DNA of 64,000 bases from an uncultured Actinomycetes bacterium (GTDB lineage Bacteria; Actinomycetota; Thermoleophilia; Gaiellales; JAICJC01): NCBI GenBank assembly GCA_963757605.1, contig CAVWSF010000002.1, positions 146,619-210,618 of the forward strand, written 5' to 3'. The notes beneath the pieces are model-generated. The model was not told where the DNA came from. It did not search any database and saw only the letters and a list, made by a program, of their open reading frames with translations. The position numbers and the translations under genes were made by a program. Positions 8,751 through 17,354 of the stretch are shown one piece after another. Positions within the stretch are counted from its first letter, which is position 1. Each line of letters begins with the position of its first letter.

Positions 8751-9584
8751 ATGCCGGCGACCGTCGCCCATTTCGGAGAGGAGAACGCCTACGCCGCCGA
8801 GGCGGCCGGCCGGCTGTACCCGGACGCCGAGCTCGTGTCGTGCCGGTCGTTCGCCGACGTCATGCGCGCCGTGACCCGCGGCGAGGCGGCCTGCGGCGTG
8901 CTCCCCATCGAGAACTCGCTCGCGGGCGTCATCCCCGAGACGTACGACCTGCTCGCGCATGCGCCGCTCGCCATCGTCGACGAGGTGGTCATCGCCGTCC
9001 CCCACTGCCTGGTCGGCCTTGCAGGTACGAACATCGACGCGCTGGCCCGCATCCACTCGCATCCGGCCGCGCTGGCGCAGTGCCGCCGGTTCCTCTCCTC
9101 CCTCCCGGACGCGCTCCCGGACGTCGCCCCGAGCACGGCCGGCGCCGCCCGTCGGGTCGCCGACGCCGCCGACCCGCGCCAGGCGGCGATCTCGTCGCGG
9201 GCGGCCGCGCAGCAGCACGGCCTGGACGTGCTCCTGAACGACGTCTCCGACCACGCCCAGAACTACACCCGCTTCGTCGCGATCGCCGCCCACACCCGGA
9301 TGGACCGCGTGAACGGCCAGGCCTGGCGGACGGCGGTGCGGTTCGTGACCCACCACCACCCCGGCGCGCTGGTCGACGCCATCGAGCCGCTCGGCCGCCA
9401 CGCCGTCAACATGACCTCGCTGCAGTCGCGCCCGATCGCCGGGCGGCCCTGGAACTACCAGTTCTACGCCGACCTCGAGGGCCACCCGCTCGACGCGTCC
9501 GTCTCGGCGGCGCTCCGCGAGCTGGAGGAGCACGTGGCCGAGCTCGCCTACCTCGGCTGCTACCCCGCGGGCGAGCGACCGTAG
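8751..9584 (+). CDS. pheA: Prephenate dehydratase with ACT domain
   Basis: The PDT domain shows VAHFGEENAYAAEAA and LPIENSLAGVI, and a C-terminal ACT domain follows. GGAGG lies 5 nt upstream of the ATG. Confidence 0.9.
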   Translation: MPATVAHFGEENAYAAEAAGRLYPDAELVSCRSFADVMRAVTRGEAACGVLPIENSLAGVIPETYDLLAHAPLAIVDEVVIAVPHCLVGLAGTNIDALARIHSHPAALAQCRRFLSSLPDALPDVAPSTAGAARRVADAADPRQAAISSRAAAQQHGLDVLLNDVSDHAQNYTRFVAIAAHTRMDRVNGQAWRTAVRFVTHHHPGALVDAIEPLGRHAVNMTSLQSRPIAGRPWNYQFYADLEGHPLDASVSAALRELEEHVAELAYLGCYPAGERP

Positions 9585-9652
9585 AGATGGCCGACTCCAC
9601 GTCGCGGTGATGTCCTGGGCGGCGAGAACCGAGCAGCGCTAGAACGCAGGGA

Positions 9653-9676
9653 GGCCCAATAGTCCCCTATTGGGCC
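9653..9676 (+). terminator. GC-clamped hairpin downstream of pheA (no T tail)
   Basis: GGCCCAATAG-TCCC-CTATTGGGCC is a perfect 10-bp stem, 69 nt after the pheA stop. Confidence 0.35.
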
Positions 9677-9780
9677 GACCGAGGATGCCGCGATGCGACG
9701 GTTCGCAGCCGCAGCCCCCGGCGATGACCAGCACTCCACAGCCGAACGACCAGGCTCGCCGCAACGTGGAGTCATCCATC

Positions 9781-9962
9781 TTGGTACACTCGCGCCCCGC
9801 GAGCGGTCAAGGGAAGCCGGTGCGAATCCGGCGCGGTCCCGCCGCTGTGAGGACGTCCGTTCCGGCGACACCGAAAGGTGGCCACTGGCCGAGAGGCCGG
9901 GAAGGCAGGCCGGGCGGCCCGGGAGACCGGGAGCCGCGTCCGAGCCAGAAGACCTGCCGCTC
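9781..9962 (+). promoter_or_regulatory. Cobalamin (B12) riboswitch
   Basis: The conserved core GGTCAAGGGAAGCCGGTGCGAATCCGGCGCGGTCCCGCCGCTGT spans 9806-9848. GCCACTG is at 9881-9887, followed by GGGAAGGC and AGCCAGAAGACCTGCC. The element ends about 30 nt before the AGGAGG-TTG start at 10002. Confidence 0.8.
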
Positions 9963-10001
9963 GCGATCTGACGTCGATGCCTCTCGAGGAAGGAGGACAC
10001 G

Positions 10002-10691
10002 TTGCACAGGCTTCGCCTGACGTTCGCAGCGGCCGTTGCCGCCATCGCCATCCTGGTGGCCGCGGGTCCAGCCGCCGCCAATGTCCATGTCTCAGTTCGG
10101 GTCGAAGGCCCGCGCCACACCGTCTTCGCCGGCCGGCCCGTGCCGTTCACGGGCACGGTGAAGGGCCACGCGCTCTCGCAGCCCACCCCTCTCGGCGCGC
10201 TCATCAGAGCGAGCCGGAACCACAACTTCGGCGTGGGCCTCACCTGGTTCTCGTGTTGTGGGTTCTTCGTCGACTCGATCGCCGGCCGCGCGGGTGACGC
10301 GTCGCACTTCTGGGCGTTCAAGGTCGGGCACGTACTGTCGTCGGTCGGCGCCGGCTCGGTGAAGGCCGCTCCGGGGATGCACGCGCTCTTCTACTGGACG
10401 ACGTTCGACGCCACGACGGGCGCCACGGAGCCGACGCTGGGCCTCAAGGCCACCTCTCGAAACCTGGAGCCGGGCGCCACCGAGACGTTCACGGTCGTCT
10501 CCTACGACGACGCCGGGAACGCCACGCCCTCCGCACATGCATGGGTGTCGGTGAACGGCGCCGCGACACAGGCCGGAAGCCTGGGCAGGGTCACGGTCCG
10601 GTTCACGCACACGGGGACGTACGCCGTGCGCGCCACCCACCCCGGCACGATCCGCTCGCCGACGGTATGGGTGCACGTCGGCTCCTCCTAG
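10002..10691 (+). CDS. Secreted DUF4430 (transcobalamin-like beta domain) protein with Ig-like C-terminal domain
   Basis: TTG start 5 nt after AGGAGG. Signal peptide ..AILVAAGPAAANV. The segment ..GALIRAS..GFFVDSIAGRAGDASHFWAFKVG.. fits the DUF4430 pattern. Confidence 0.7.
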   Translation: MHRLRLTFAAAVAAIAILVAAGPAAANVHVSVRVEGPRHTVFAGRPVPFTGTVKGHALSQPTPLGALIRASRNHNFGVGLTWFSCCGFFVDSIAGRAGDASHFWAFKVGHVLSSVGAGSVKAAPGMHALFYWTTFDATTGATEPTLGLKATSRNLEPGATETFTVVSYDDAGNATPSAHAWVSVNGAATQAGSLGRVTVRFTHTGTYAVRATHPGTIRSPTVWVHVGSS

Positions 10692-11551
10692 CCGGGGCGA
10701 TCCTGGGGACGGTGGGCGGAGGCTGCGGCTCGCAGGCCGCGGCTCCGCCCCCCGGCCCTGCCGCGGTGACGGTCACCGTCACCCGTGAGTTCGGCCGCGT
10801 GCGCGTCGACGGCGCCCGAGCGGCGCCGGACCAGTCGGCGCTCGACGCGCTGCGCCGCACTACCCAGGTCGACACGTCCTACGGCGGCCGCTTCGTCGAG
10901 TCGATCGACGGCCTGCGCGGCGACCGCTCGGCCGGGTGGGACTGGCTCTACTTCGTGAACGGCGTCGAGGCCGACCGCGGGGCGGCCGACTATCGCCTGC
11001 GGCCCGGCGATCGGGAGTGGTGGGACTACCGCTACTGGAGCGACCTCATCCACGTGCCCGTCACGATCGGCGCCTGGCCCGAGCCGTTCGTGCACGGGTT
11101 CGACGGCCACCGGCCGAAGGCCGTGGACGTCACCGGCCTGCCATGCTCCGCCGACGTCGCCGGGACGCTTCGGGCGGCCGGCGCGCGCCTCACCGAGAGC
11201 CCGGCGCCGTTCACCGTCCGGGTCGAGACCTTCGCTCAGGCGGCCGGCGCGCTCAGCCCGAGCCTGTGGCGCGGCCGCGGGCTCACGGTCTACCTCGACG
11301 CGGGGCGGGTGATGGTCTACCGCACGCCCGGCGGGCCGAAGCCCGAGCCGCAGGCGCATGCGCTGATCGCCGCCTACCAGCCAGGCGAGGCGACCGGCCG
11401 CTCGGCCGAGCTGATCGTGGCCGGCGACATCCCCAGGGCGGCCTGCGCGGCGGCCCGGACGCTGGCCGAGCATCCGAACGCGATTGCGAGCACCTATGCG
11501 GTGGCGCTCGACGGCGGCGGCCATGTCGTGGCGGCGGGCGGCCAGCGGTGA
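10667..11551 (+). CDS. Lipoprotein with DUF4430 (transcobalamin-like beta domain)
   Basis: MGARRLLLAGAILGTVGGGCGS is a lipobox-like signal. The segment ..SALDALRRTT..SYGGRFVESIDGLRGD..WDWLYFVNGVEA.. fits DUF4430. ATG 10667 lies within ORF 10541..11551. Confidence 0.7.
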   Translation: MGARRLLLAGAILGTVGGGCGSQAAAPPPGPAAVTVTVTREFGRVRVDGARAAPDQSALDALRRTTQVDTSYGGRFVESIDGLRGDRSAGWDWLYFVNGVEADRGAADYRLRPGDREWWDYRYWSDLIHVPVTIGAWPEPFVHGFDGHRPKAVDVTGLPCSADVAGTLRAAGARLTESPAPFTVRVETFAQAAGALSPSLWRGRGLTVYLDAGRVMVYRTPGGPKPEPQAHALIAAYQPGEATGRSAELIVAGDIPRAACAAARTLAEHPNAIASTYAVALDGGGHVVAAGGQR

Positions 11552-12372
11552 AGCCGCTCCCCGTCGCCCTCATGACCAGCGCCGTCGGCATCGCGGCGAT
11601 CACGCTCGACAACCCGCTCTGGCCGGCGGCCACCGCGCTCGCCGGAGGGCTGCTCCTGGCGGCGGCCGCTCCGCCGCGGCGGATCTACGCCGCCTTCGCG
11701 ATCCTGACCGGGCTGACCGTCTTCCTGCTGGAGCCGTTCGTGGCGGTGCAGGGGCTGACGACGCTCTGGCGCGGCCCCGACATCCCGATCCTCGACACCC
11801 AGATCACGACCGAGGAGCTGGCCTACGGCGCCGCCGCCGGGCTGCGGATCGCGGCCACCGCCCTCGCCGCCGGGGCGTTCGTGCGCCTGGCCGACTCCGA
11901 CCTCCTGCTGCGGGCGGTGGCCCGCGTGGCCCCGCGGTCGGCGATGATCGCCTCGCTCACCACGCAGATGCTCCCGGCCCTCGAGCGCGACGCTGCCGGC
12001 GTGCTGGTCGCAGCCCGAACGCGGGCGGCGGCGGTCTCCCGCCCCGGCACCGCCGCCCGCCTGATGGGACCGCTCGTCGGCATGTCGCTCGAACGGGCTC
12101 TTGCGGTCGCCGAGGCGATGGAAGCGCGCGGCTACGCCGGCCCCTCGCGGTCGGCGGCGCCGGTGCGGGGGCTCTCCGGCCGGGAGCGCGTCCTCACGCT
12201 CCTCGGCGCGGCGGCGCTCGCGCTGGTGCTCGCCGCCGTCGCCACCGGGGCGGGCGACTTCCGCTACTTCGACCTGCTGGGCGACCCGTGGACGCCGGCC
12301 GCACTTGCGGGCGCGGCCGGCCTGGCCGTCCTTGCGGCGGCGTTCGCGTGGGTGGTGCGATGGCGGCCCTGA
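11548..12372 (+). CDS. ecfT: ECF transporter transmembrane (T) component, CbiQ/EcfT family
   Basis: Polytopic membrane protein with a C-terminal ..SLERALAVAEAMEARGY.. motif. GTG 11548 overlaps the previous stop (GTGA). Confidence 0.75.
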   Translation: MKPLPVALMTSAVGIAAITLDNPLWPAATALAGGLLLAAAAPPRRIYAAFAILTGLTVFLLEPFVAVQGLTTLWRGPDIPILDTQITTEELAYGAAAGLRIAATALAAGAFVRLADSDLLLRAVARVAPRSAMIASLTTQMLPALERDAAGVLVAARTRAAAVSRPGTAARLMGPLVGMSLERALAVAEAMEARGYAGPSRSAAPVRGLSGRERVLTLLGAAALALVLAAVATGAGDFRYFDLLGDPWTPAALAGAAGLAVLAAAFAWVVRWRP

Positions 12373-13772
12373 GCTTCGAGGGAGTGAGCCACCGCTACGC
12401 CGCAGACGGCAGGCCGGCGCTCCAGGACGTTGACCTGTCGGTCGAGCAGGGCGAGCTGGTGCTCCTGGTCGGCGAGTCGGGGAGCGGGAAGTCGACGCTC
12501 CTTCGGGCGGCGCTCGGCCTCGTCCCGCGCTTCCACGGCGGCGAGCTGCACGGCCGTGTGCGGGTCGGCGGGCTCGACACCCGCCGGCACCGGCCGGGCG
12601 AGCTGGCCCGCCACGCCGGCCTGGTCTTCCAGGACCCCGAGGCCCAGATCGTGTCGAGCGGCGTCCTGGCCGAGGCGGCGTTCGGGCTCGAGAACCTGGG
12701 CGTCGAGGCGGCGGAGATCCGCCCGCGTGCCCTGGACGCCCTGCGGATGGCCGGCGCCGAGCACCTCGCCGGCCGCACCACCCGCACCCTGTCGGGCGGC
12801 GAGCGCCAGCGGGTCGCAATTGCGTCGGTGCTCGCGATGGGGCCGCGGGTGCTCCTGCTCGACGAGCCGACGAGCCAGCTCGACCCGGCGGCCGCCGACG
12901 AGCTCCTCCGCACCCTCCTCGACCTGCGCGACCGGCACGGCATCGCCGTCGTCGTGGCGGAGCACCGCACCGAGCGGCTGTTCAACGTCGCAGACCGGGT
13001 CGTCGCGATGCGCGCCGGCGAGATCGTGGTCGACGCTCCACCGGCCGATGCCCGCCGGGCGCTCGCCGACCAACCCTGGCTCCTGCCGCGCGCTCCGAGC
13101 ACCCCACCGCCGGCCGCCAACCCCGCCGACCCGGCCGGACGGCTCGCCCATGCCTCCAAGCGGCTCGGGACGACGCAGGCGCTGGACGACGTCTCGGCGG
13201 CCTTCGAGCGCGGCGCGGTGACGGCAGTGACCGGCCCGAACGGCGCCGGCAAGACCACGCTGGCGCTGGCGCTGTGCAGGCTCGTCGGGCTCGACGCCGG
13301 CTCGGCAGCTCATCGCGGGCGGGCCGGCTACGTCGCCCAGGACCCCGGCGCCTACCTGCTCCACGACACCGCCCTCGAGGAAGTCGAGTACGGGCTCGCG
13401 AACCTGGGCGTGCCGGCGCCGCTGCGGCGGGCCCGGGCCGAGGCCGAGCTCGAGCGCTTCGACCTCGGGTGGGCCGCCGCCGAGCACCCGCGCGACCTCT
13501 CGAGCGGCGAGCGCCAGCGGCTCGCCATCGCATCGGTCACGGCCATGCGGCCCGACCTCGTCGTCCTGGACGAGCCGACCCGCGGCGTCGACGGCCGCCG
13601 AAAGCACGCTCTCTGCGGCCTCGTCCGCGGGCTCGCGGCCGGCGGAGCGGGCGTCGTCGTCGTGAGCCACGACGCGCCGTTCGTTGCCGACGTGGCGACC
13701 GCGGCGGTGGCCATGGCGGACGGCCGCATCGCCCCGCGGGCCGTTCCTGCGTCGGAGGCCGTCCATGCTTGA
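12360..13772 (+). CDS. ecfA: Fused double ATPase of ECF/ABC transporter (EcfA-EcfA')
   Basis: Two ABC modules are present. Walker A motifs are GESGSGKST and GPNGAGKTT. Signature motifs are LSGGERQR and LSSGERQR. Confidence 0.9.
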   Translation: MAALSFEGVSHRYAADGRPALQDVDLSVEQGELVLLVGESGSGKSTLLRAALGLVPRFHGGELHGRVRVGGLDTRRHRPGELARHAGLVFQDPEAQIVSSGVLAEAAFGLENLGVEAAEIRPRALDALRMAGAEHLAGRTTRTLSGGERQRVAIASVLAMGPRVLLLDEPTSQLDPAAADELLRTLLDLRDRHGIAVVVAEHRTERLFNVADRVVAMRAGEIVVDAPPADARRALADQPWLLPRAPSTPPPAANPADPAGRLAHASKRLGTTQALDDVSAAFERGAVTAVTGPNGAGKTTLALALCRLVGLDAGSAAHRGRAGYVAQDPGAYLLHDTALEEVEYGLANLGVPAPLRRARAEAELERFDLGWAAAEHPRDLSSGERQRLAIASVTAMRPDLVVLDEPTRGVDGRRKHALCGLVRGLAAGGAGVVVVSHDAPFVADVATAAVAMADGRIAPRAVPASEAVHA

Positions 13773-14373
13773 GCTGGTCGCCCTGGCCGCCCTCGTGGCG
13801 CTGGCGCTCGTCCTGGCGGCGGTCGAGACCGGCCCCAACCGCAGCCGCGAGCTGGCACTCGTCGCGGCACTGGCCGCCGCGGCGGCCGCCGGCCGGGTCG
13901 TCTTCGCCGCCGTCCCCAACGTCCAGCCGGTGACGATGATCACGGCCGTGACCGGTGCGAGCCTCGGGCCGCGGGCGGGCCTCGCCACGGGCGCCGCGGC
14001 CGCACTGGCGTCGAACGCGTTCCTCGGCCAGGGGCCGTGGACGCCCTGGCAGATGCTCGGTTGGGGGCTGGTCGGGCTGATCGCCGGCTGGATGCCGCGC
14101 GTCCTCCGAAACCGGTTCGCGCTCGCCGCGTTCGGGATCGTGTGCGGCTTCGGCTTCGACTGGCTGATGGACGTCTGGGAATGGAGCGCGTTCGGCCCAG
14201 GCGCCGACGCGTCGTCGTTCGTGGCGCTGGTCTCGGCCGGCATCTGGTTCGACGTCGCCCACGCCGCCGGGAACGCCGTGATCGCCCTTGTCGCCGGCAC
14301 GGGGCTGATCCGCATGCTCGACCGCTACGACCGCCGGCTGCATGGCAGCTTCGCACCCATGGAGGGAACATGA
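13765..14373 (+). CDS. ECF S-component-like integral membrane protein
   Basis: About 200 aa with about 6 hydrophobic helices. It sits immediately after the ECF ATPase, and its start overlaps the preceding gene by 8 nt. Confidence 0.6.
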   Translation: MLELVALAALVALALVLAAVETGPNRSRELALVAALAAAAAAGRVVFAAVPNVQPVTMITAVTGASLGPRAGLATGAAAALASNAFLGQGPWTPWQMLGWGLVGLIAGWMPRVLRNRFALAAFGIVCGFGFDWLMDVWEWSAFGPGADASSFVALVSAGIWFDVAHAAGNAVIALVAGTGLIRMLDRYDRRLHGSFAPMEGT

Positions 14374-15242
14374 TCCGACCGACCGTCATCGCCGTAACCG
14401 CCGTCCTCGTGCTCGCTCCGGCGGCCTATGCCGGAACCGGAGCCGGCTATCTCCTGAGCCACCAGCGCCCGTCCGGAGGCATCGCCGAGGCGGGCACGCG
14501 CAAGGCCAACGTGTCGCTCACGGAGTGGGCCGCCATGGGCCTTCGCGCCGCCGGCCGCTCGCCGGGCAAGGCCCGCCGCCCGGGCGGCCGCACCATGACG
14601 ACCTACCTGGCCCACCACGCCAGGAGCTGGCGGAACGCCTTCGCGCTCGAGCGCGGCATCCTGGCCGTCGTCGCCGTCGGGAAGAACCCGCGCAGCTTCG
14701 CCGGCCGAAACCTCGTGACCGCACTGCGCACGCGCATCGGGGGAAGCGGCGTCATCGGCGCCACCCAGAACGCGACCTACTGGGGCGTCATCGCCCTGCG
14801 CGCGGCCGGCGTCCCCGCCCCGCGCAGCTCGCTGGCGGTGATCCGCGGCGCCCAGCGGTCGAACGGCGGCTACTCGTGGTCGGCGTCGGCCGCCCCGGAC
14901 GCCGACGACACCTCGGCGGCCGTGATGGCGCTGCGGGCGTCCGGCGAGTCGTGCACGGCCCGCTCCGTGGTGCACGCCTACGGCTATCTCAACACGACCC
15001 AGACCTCGTCGCACGGATACGCGCTCCTGCCGGGCAGCGCGGCGAACAGCCAGTCGACCTCGTGGGCGATCCAGGCCCGCAGCCGCTGTCATCTCAGCAA
15101 TCGCCAGTCGCTGTCGTGGCTCCACGCCCGCCAGCTCCCGTCCGGCGCCTACAACTACCAGCCCGGGCTCACGACCACGCCGGCCTGGGTGACCGGGCAG
15201 GTGCTGCCGGCCGTGAACGGACGGGCGTACCCGATCAGCTGA
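14370..15242 (+). CDS. Secreted prenyltransferase/squalene-cyclase-repeat (alpha/alpha toroid) protein
   Basis: Signal peptide MIRPTVIAVTAVLVLAPAAYAG. Repeats of the type LLSHQRPSGGI, GAQRSNGGYSW and HARQLPSGAYNY are present. ATG 14370 overlaps the previous stop (ATGA). Confidence 0.7.
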   Translation: MIRPTVIAVTAVLVLAPAAYAGTGAGYLLSHQRPSGGIAEAGTRKANVSLTEWAAMGLRAAGRSPGKARRPGGRTMTTYLAHHARSWRNAFALERGILAVVAVGKNPRSFAGRNLVTALRTRIGGSGVIGATQNATYWGVIALRAAGVPAPRSSLAVIRGAQRSNGGYSWSASAAPDADDTSAAVMALRASGESCTARSVVHAYGYLNTTQTSSHGYALLPGSAANSQSTSWAIQARSRCHLSNRQSLSWLHARQLPSGAYNYQPGLTTTPAWVTGQVLPAVNGRAYPIS

Positions 15243-16275
15243 GCCAGACCGCCACCGCGACGATCAGGTAGATCACGACCAGCTGGAGGCCCTCCAGCCA
15301 GTTGGTCTCGCCGCCGCGCGCGACCAGCGTGGCGACGAGGGCCGCCGCCGCCAGCGCCGCGATCTGGAGCGGGTCGAAGACCAGCGAGAGCTCGTCGCCG
15401 AGGAGGATCGACGAGAAGACCGCGATACCGCTCGCGCCGAGCGCGATCTGGATGCCCGAGCCGTACGCGATCGCCATGGAGAAGTCGACCCGGTTTCGGT
15501 AGGCGAGCCGGACGGCCGAGAAGTGCTCGGCCACGTTGCCTACGAACGGGACCAGGATGAGGCCGACGAACGGGCGCGGGATGCCCAGCTGCTCGACCGT
15601 CGGCTTGATCGAGTCGACCAGCACCTCCGAGACGACCCCTGTGGCCACGGCGGTCACAGCCAGCGCCACCACGGCCTCCCGGGTGGACCAGCGCGGGCTG
15701 CCGGGCGCATCCTCGAGCTTCTGGCCCGGCATGCTGAAGGTGAAGAGGAGGTAGCCGGCGTAGCAGAGGAGCAGAAGCGCCCCGGTCCAGATCGATAGCG
15801 TGTCGGCCGACTCGGACGAGTGGAGCGCCGCAAACAGCGTGGGCAGGCCGAGCCCGGCGACGCCGAGGATCAGCATCGACGAGTTCGTGGCCGCCACCCG
15901 CTCGTTGAACGACTGGACGCCGTTCCGCCACCCGCCGACGATCAGCGATAGGCCGAGGATGAGGAGCACGTTCCCGATGACCGAGCCGATGATGGAGGCC
16001 CGGGCGATGTCGTCGAGGCCGGCGTTGATCGCGAGGATCACGATCACGACCTCGGGGAGGTTGCCGAACGTGGCGTTGAGGAGCGCGGAGGTGCGCGGGC
16101 CCGCGGTGTTGCCTGCCTGGTCGGTGGCCTCGCCGAGCAGCCAGGCCAGGCCCATCAGCGCGAGCGACGCGGCGCCGAACACGAACTCGCCCCGTATCGA
16201 GGCCGCCTCCATGACGACCGCGAGCACCGCGATGCCGATGACGACGCCGAACCAGATGCGGTCGCGGCTGCTCAC
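15235..16275 (-). CDS. Ca2+/cation:H+ antiporter (CaCA/ChaA-CAX family), copy 2
   Basis: Alpha-repeat motifs are LLNATFGNLPEVVIVI and LVPFVGNVAEHFSAV. GTG 16275 overlaps the stop of the upstream paralogue (GTGA). The 791-aa track ORF is a run-on. Confidence 0.85.
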   Translation of the reverse strand: MSSRDRIWFGVVIGIAVLAVVMEAASIRGEFVFGAASLALMGLAWLLGEATDQAGNTAGPRTSALLNATFGNLPEVVIVILAINAGLDDIARASIIGSVIGNVLLILGLSLIVGGWRNGVQSFNERVAATNSSMLILGVAGLGLPTLFAALHSSESADTLSIWTGALLLLCYAGYLLFTFSMPGQKLEDAPGSPRWSTREAVVALAVTAVATGVVSEVLVDSIKPTVEQLGIPRPFVGLILVPFVGNVAEHFSAVRLAYRNRVDFSMAIAYGSGIQIALGASGIAVFSSILLGDELSLVFDPLQIAALAAAALVATLVARGGETNWLEGLQLVVIYLIVAVAVWLS

Positions 16276-17327
16276 AGGTACCAGAAGGAGGTGGCGACGA
16301 TCGCGTAGACCGCCATGAGCTGGGCGCCTTCGAGCCAGTTCGACTCGCCGTCGGCGGCGATCAGCGCCGTGATCGTGACCGCAGCGGCGAGCGCGATCAC
16401 CTGGATGGTCGGGAAGACGAGGTCGAACTCGTGCGGCGTTGCGAGCGAGATGAAGACGAGGAGCGGGGCCACGCCGAGCGCGACCTGCTGCGAGGAGCCG
16501 AGCGAGACGACCATCGAGAAGTCCATCTTGTTCTCGTAGGCGATCTTGATACCGACGATGTTCTCGGCGATGTTGCCGACGATCGGCACGATGACGAGGC
16601 CGAGGAAGGCGGCGCTGATGCCGAGGTCGGCGATCACCCCCTCCAGGGTTCCCACGAAGACGTCCGAGATCACGGCGACCGCGGCGGTCGAGCCGAGCAG
16701 CAGGAGCATTGCGAGCCGCGCCGTCCAGTGCGGCACGCCCGGATGCCCGCCCCCGCCGCCCCCGCCGGTGCGGAAGTAGTAGACGAGGCTCAGGAGGTAG
16801 AGGCCGAGCAGGATGGCCGCGGTGACGTCCGAGATCGTCTGCGCGTCCGAGCCCGTGCCGCGCGCGGCGGCGAACGCCGTCGGCAAGCCGAGCCCGATCA
16901 CGGCGAGCGCGAGCATCGAGGCGTTCATCCCGGCGATCCGCTGGTCGAACGTCTGCGGGCCGTTCCGGAGGCCGCCGACGAGGAAGGAGGCCCCGAGGAC
17001 GAGCAGCGTGTTGCCGAGGATCGACCCGGTGATCGACGCCGTCGCCACCTCGAGCTGGCCGGCGCGGATCGCGAAGATCGTGATGATGAGCTCGGCGGCG
17101 TTCCCGAAGGTCGCGTTCAGGACGCCGCCCACCTTCGGGCCCGAGCTCTCGGCGAGCTGCTCGGTGGCGACGCCCACGATCCATGCCAGCGCGACGAGCG
17201 CCAGCCCCGAGGCGACGAAGACGGCGGTGTTGGCGGCGCCGGCCAGGTCGAGCGCGCCGGCGGCGGCCGAGACGACGACGGCGACGGCGACCGACGCCTG
17301 CTCGAAGCGGTTCAAGCCCCGATTCAC
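16272..17327 (-). CDS. Ca2+/cation:H+ antiporter (CaCA/ChaA-CAX family), copy 1
   Basis: Motifs VLNATFGNAAELIITI and IVPIVGNIAENIVGI. 351 aa. Confidence 0.85.
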   Translation of the reverse strand: MNRGLNRFEQASVAVAVVVSAAAGALDLAGAANTAVFVASGLALVALAWIVGVATEQLAESSGPKVGGVLNATFGNAAELIITIFAIRAGQLEVATASITGSILGNTLLVLGASFLVGGLRNGPQTFDQRIAGMNASMLALAVIGLGLPTAFAAARGTGSDAQTISDVTAAILLGLYLLSLVYYFRTGGGGGGGHPGVPHWTARLAMLLLLGSTAAVAVISDVFVGTLEGVIADLGISAAFLGLVIVPIVGNIAENIVGIKIAYENKMDFSMVVSLGSSQQVALGVAPLLVFISLATPHEFDLVFPTIQVIALAAAVTITALIAADGESNWLEGAQLMAVYAIVATSFWYL

Positions 17328-17354
17328 GGAAGCGGAGCCTACCGGCGGGCTTGG

